A DNA stretch of 63,986 bases, counting the filler, from Reticulomyxa filosa (lineage: Eukaryota > Protista > Foraminifera): assembly GCA_000512085.1 (NCBI GenBank). It is 24 parts of 24 records of this genome, joined end to end, with 100 filler letters (N's around TTAATTAATTAA, not from the genome) between each part and the next. Parts side by side here need not be neighbours in the genome. Positions count along the whole stretch, not along the records: positions 62,867 to 63,986 come from ASPP01004924.1; 23 more parts are not named here. One strand, given 5' to 3'. Both the position numbers and the translations under genes were made by a program. Positions 62,985 to 63,986 of the stretch are shown piece after piece; positions within the stretch are counted from its first letter, which is position 1; the number at the start of each line of letters is the position of its first letter. The notes beneath the pieces are model-generated. The model did not search any database and had not been told where the DNA came from. It was given only the letters and a program-made list of their open reading frames with translations.

Positions 62985-63890
62985 GGGGACTGGGATAAGA
63001 GTAGATATAAACGCAGTAGTAATTGCCAAGTTGCACCAGATCGTTCAACGACATGGTCGTCCACATGCAACGCCACGAGTCGAGACAGTTATCGCCGCTT
63101 CAAAATCAACTGCAACGCCGCCAATGAACCGCTTCCAACGCCCGTGTACCAAGAGCATTATTGTGATGTCAATGATTGCGAAAATTCACCAACTCCACCC
63201 CCATCGCCACCTTATCGCTATCAAGAGAATCGAAATAACCTTTCTTCTTGTGCTTATGTCAATTGGTGTGTGTGTGTACCATATAATGTACAGATTATAC
63301 GTACATTGTATAAATATATACGTATATATGCATGTGTATGTAATACAATAACAGCTCTTTTTTCCTTTTCTTTGAACATGCTAACAGCTTATCTCACACA
63401 GCATTTTTTTTTTAAAAAAAAAAAGGTATGGACAAGCAATGGCTCCAAACCAGTGTTTCCATGTCTTGCTTTCAGGCAATGCCGGCAACATCTCCCTGAA
63501 ATTCCAGTGCAATGCACAAAACAATGGAGTGGATGCCATATTTTGGTTTGGTAACACTGGTATACATATATTTATATGTATTTGCTGTTTGAGTGGATGT
63601 GCATGTGAGAAGGAAATGATGCACATAAAACACAATAAAAACCAAAGAGTGTCACGACAATGGTCTTTCATGGAATTCAACGGAGGGGATAATGGATTTC
63701 AATTGCATTGGGACGAGTTCTTGTCACGCTGCCTATACGTATTATCGCGCGACCAACGACAATGATTCAAAGTGTACCACTGTAAATGATGTCGCCGAAG
63801 GGCAGTGGACTCTTGCTACTGAAATCTGCACATTTTCTTCTGACTACGGGACCATGGTTACTTGCAAAGACAACGCACTGGATGTCGCAA
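62985..63890 (+). CDS. Cys-rich, probably extracellular protein (internal spliced fragment)
   Basis: Three Cys/Trp-rich coding blocks separated by (TA)n and TnAn introns. No family recognised. Confidence 0.4.
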
Positions 63891-63986
63891 CGTTTTGTAT
63901 ATATGTATACACATTTATATAAATATAATATACACATAAATATATACACATATAATATATAATATATAATATATATATATATATAT

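Overview
This window is not one continuous locus. It is a concatenation of 24 short draft contigs joined by 23 identical artificial 100-nt spacers (N44-TTAATTAATTAA-N44), so nothing can be inferred from adjacency across spacers. Twenty-three contigs look like an AT-rich, intron-rich protist genome. The expanded WD40, Kelch-like, RING/TRAF, ART-like and vWA families resemble those of the foraminiferan Reticulomyxa filosa; this is an inference from recognition, not a search. One GC-rich contig (51924-53137) is alphaproteobacterial (Rhodobacteraceae-like L10 leader-rplJ-rplL) and is a contaminant or co-sequenced bacterium. Recognisable host genes are p24/TMED, a sulfotransferase, myotubularin, a ZnT/CDF zinc transporter, an atypical ARF-like GTPase, orphan 7TM proteins, a RanBP2-ZnF-HSPA12 fusion, U1A/U2B'', a Kelch-WD40 double-propeller protein and holocarboxylase synthetase. 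Mobile DNA comprises a degenerate Tc1-family transposon (several TIR copies, two with transposase motifs) and a ~220-bp TG..CA LTR-like repeat, nested with each other. Three observations stand out. (1) An intronless ORF at 41356->42987 on a host contig has a motif order that matches, by eye, the glutamine-synthetase-fold actin cross-linking domain (ACD) of bacterial MARTX/VgrG1 toxins. (2) Many introns have 3' splice sites preceded by poly-A/poly-G purine tracts instead of a polypyrimidine tract, often with self-complementary TnAn or (CT)n/(AG)n tracts. (3) An extreme-AT island covers the 3' parts of a convergent gene pair. All homology calls were made by eye from motifs and need HMM or structure searches.
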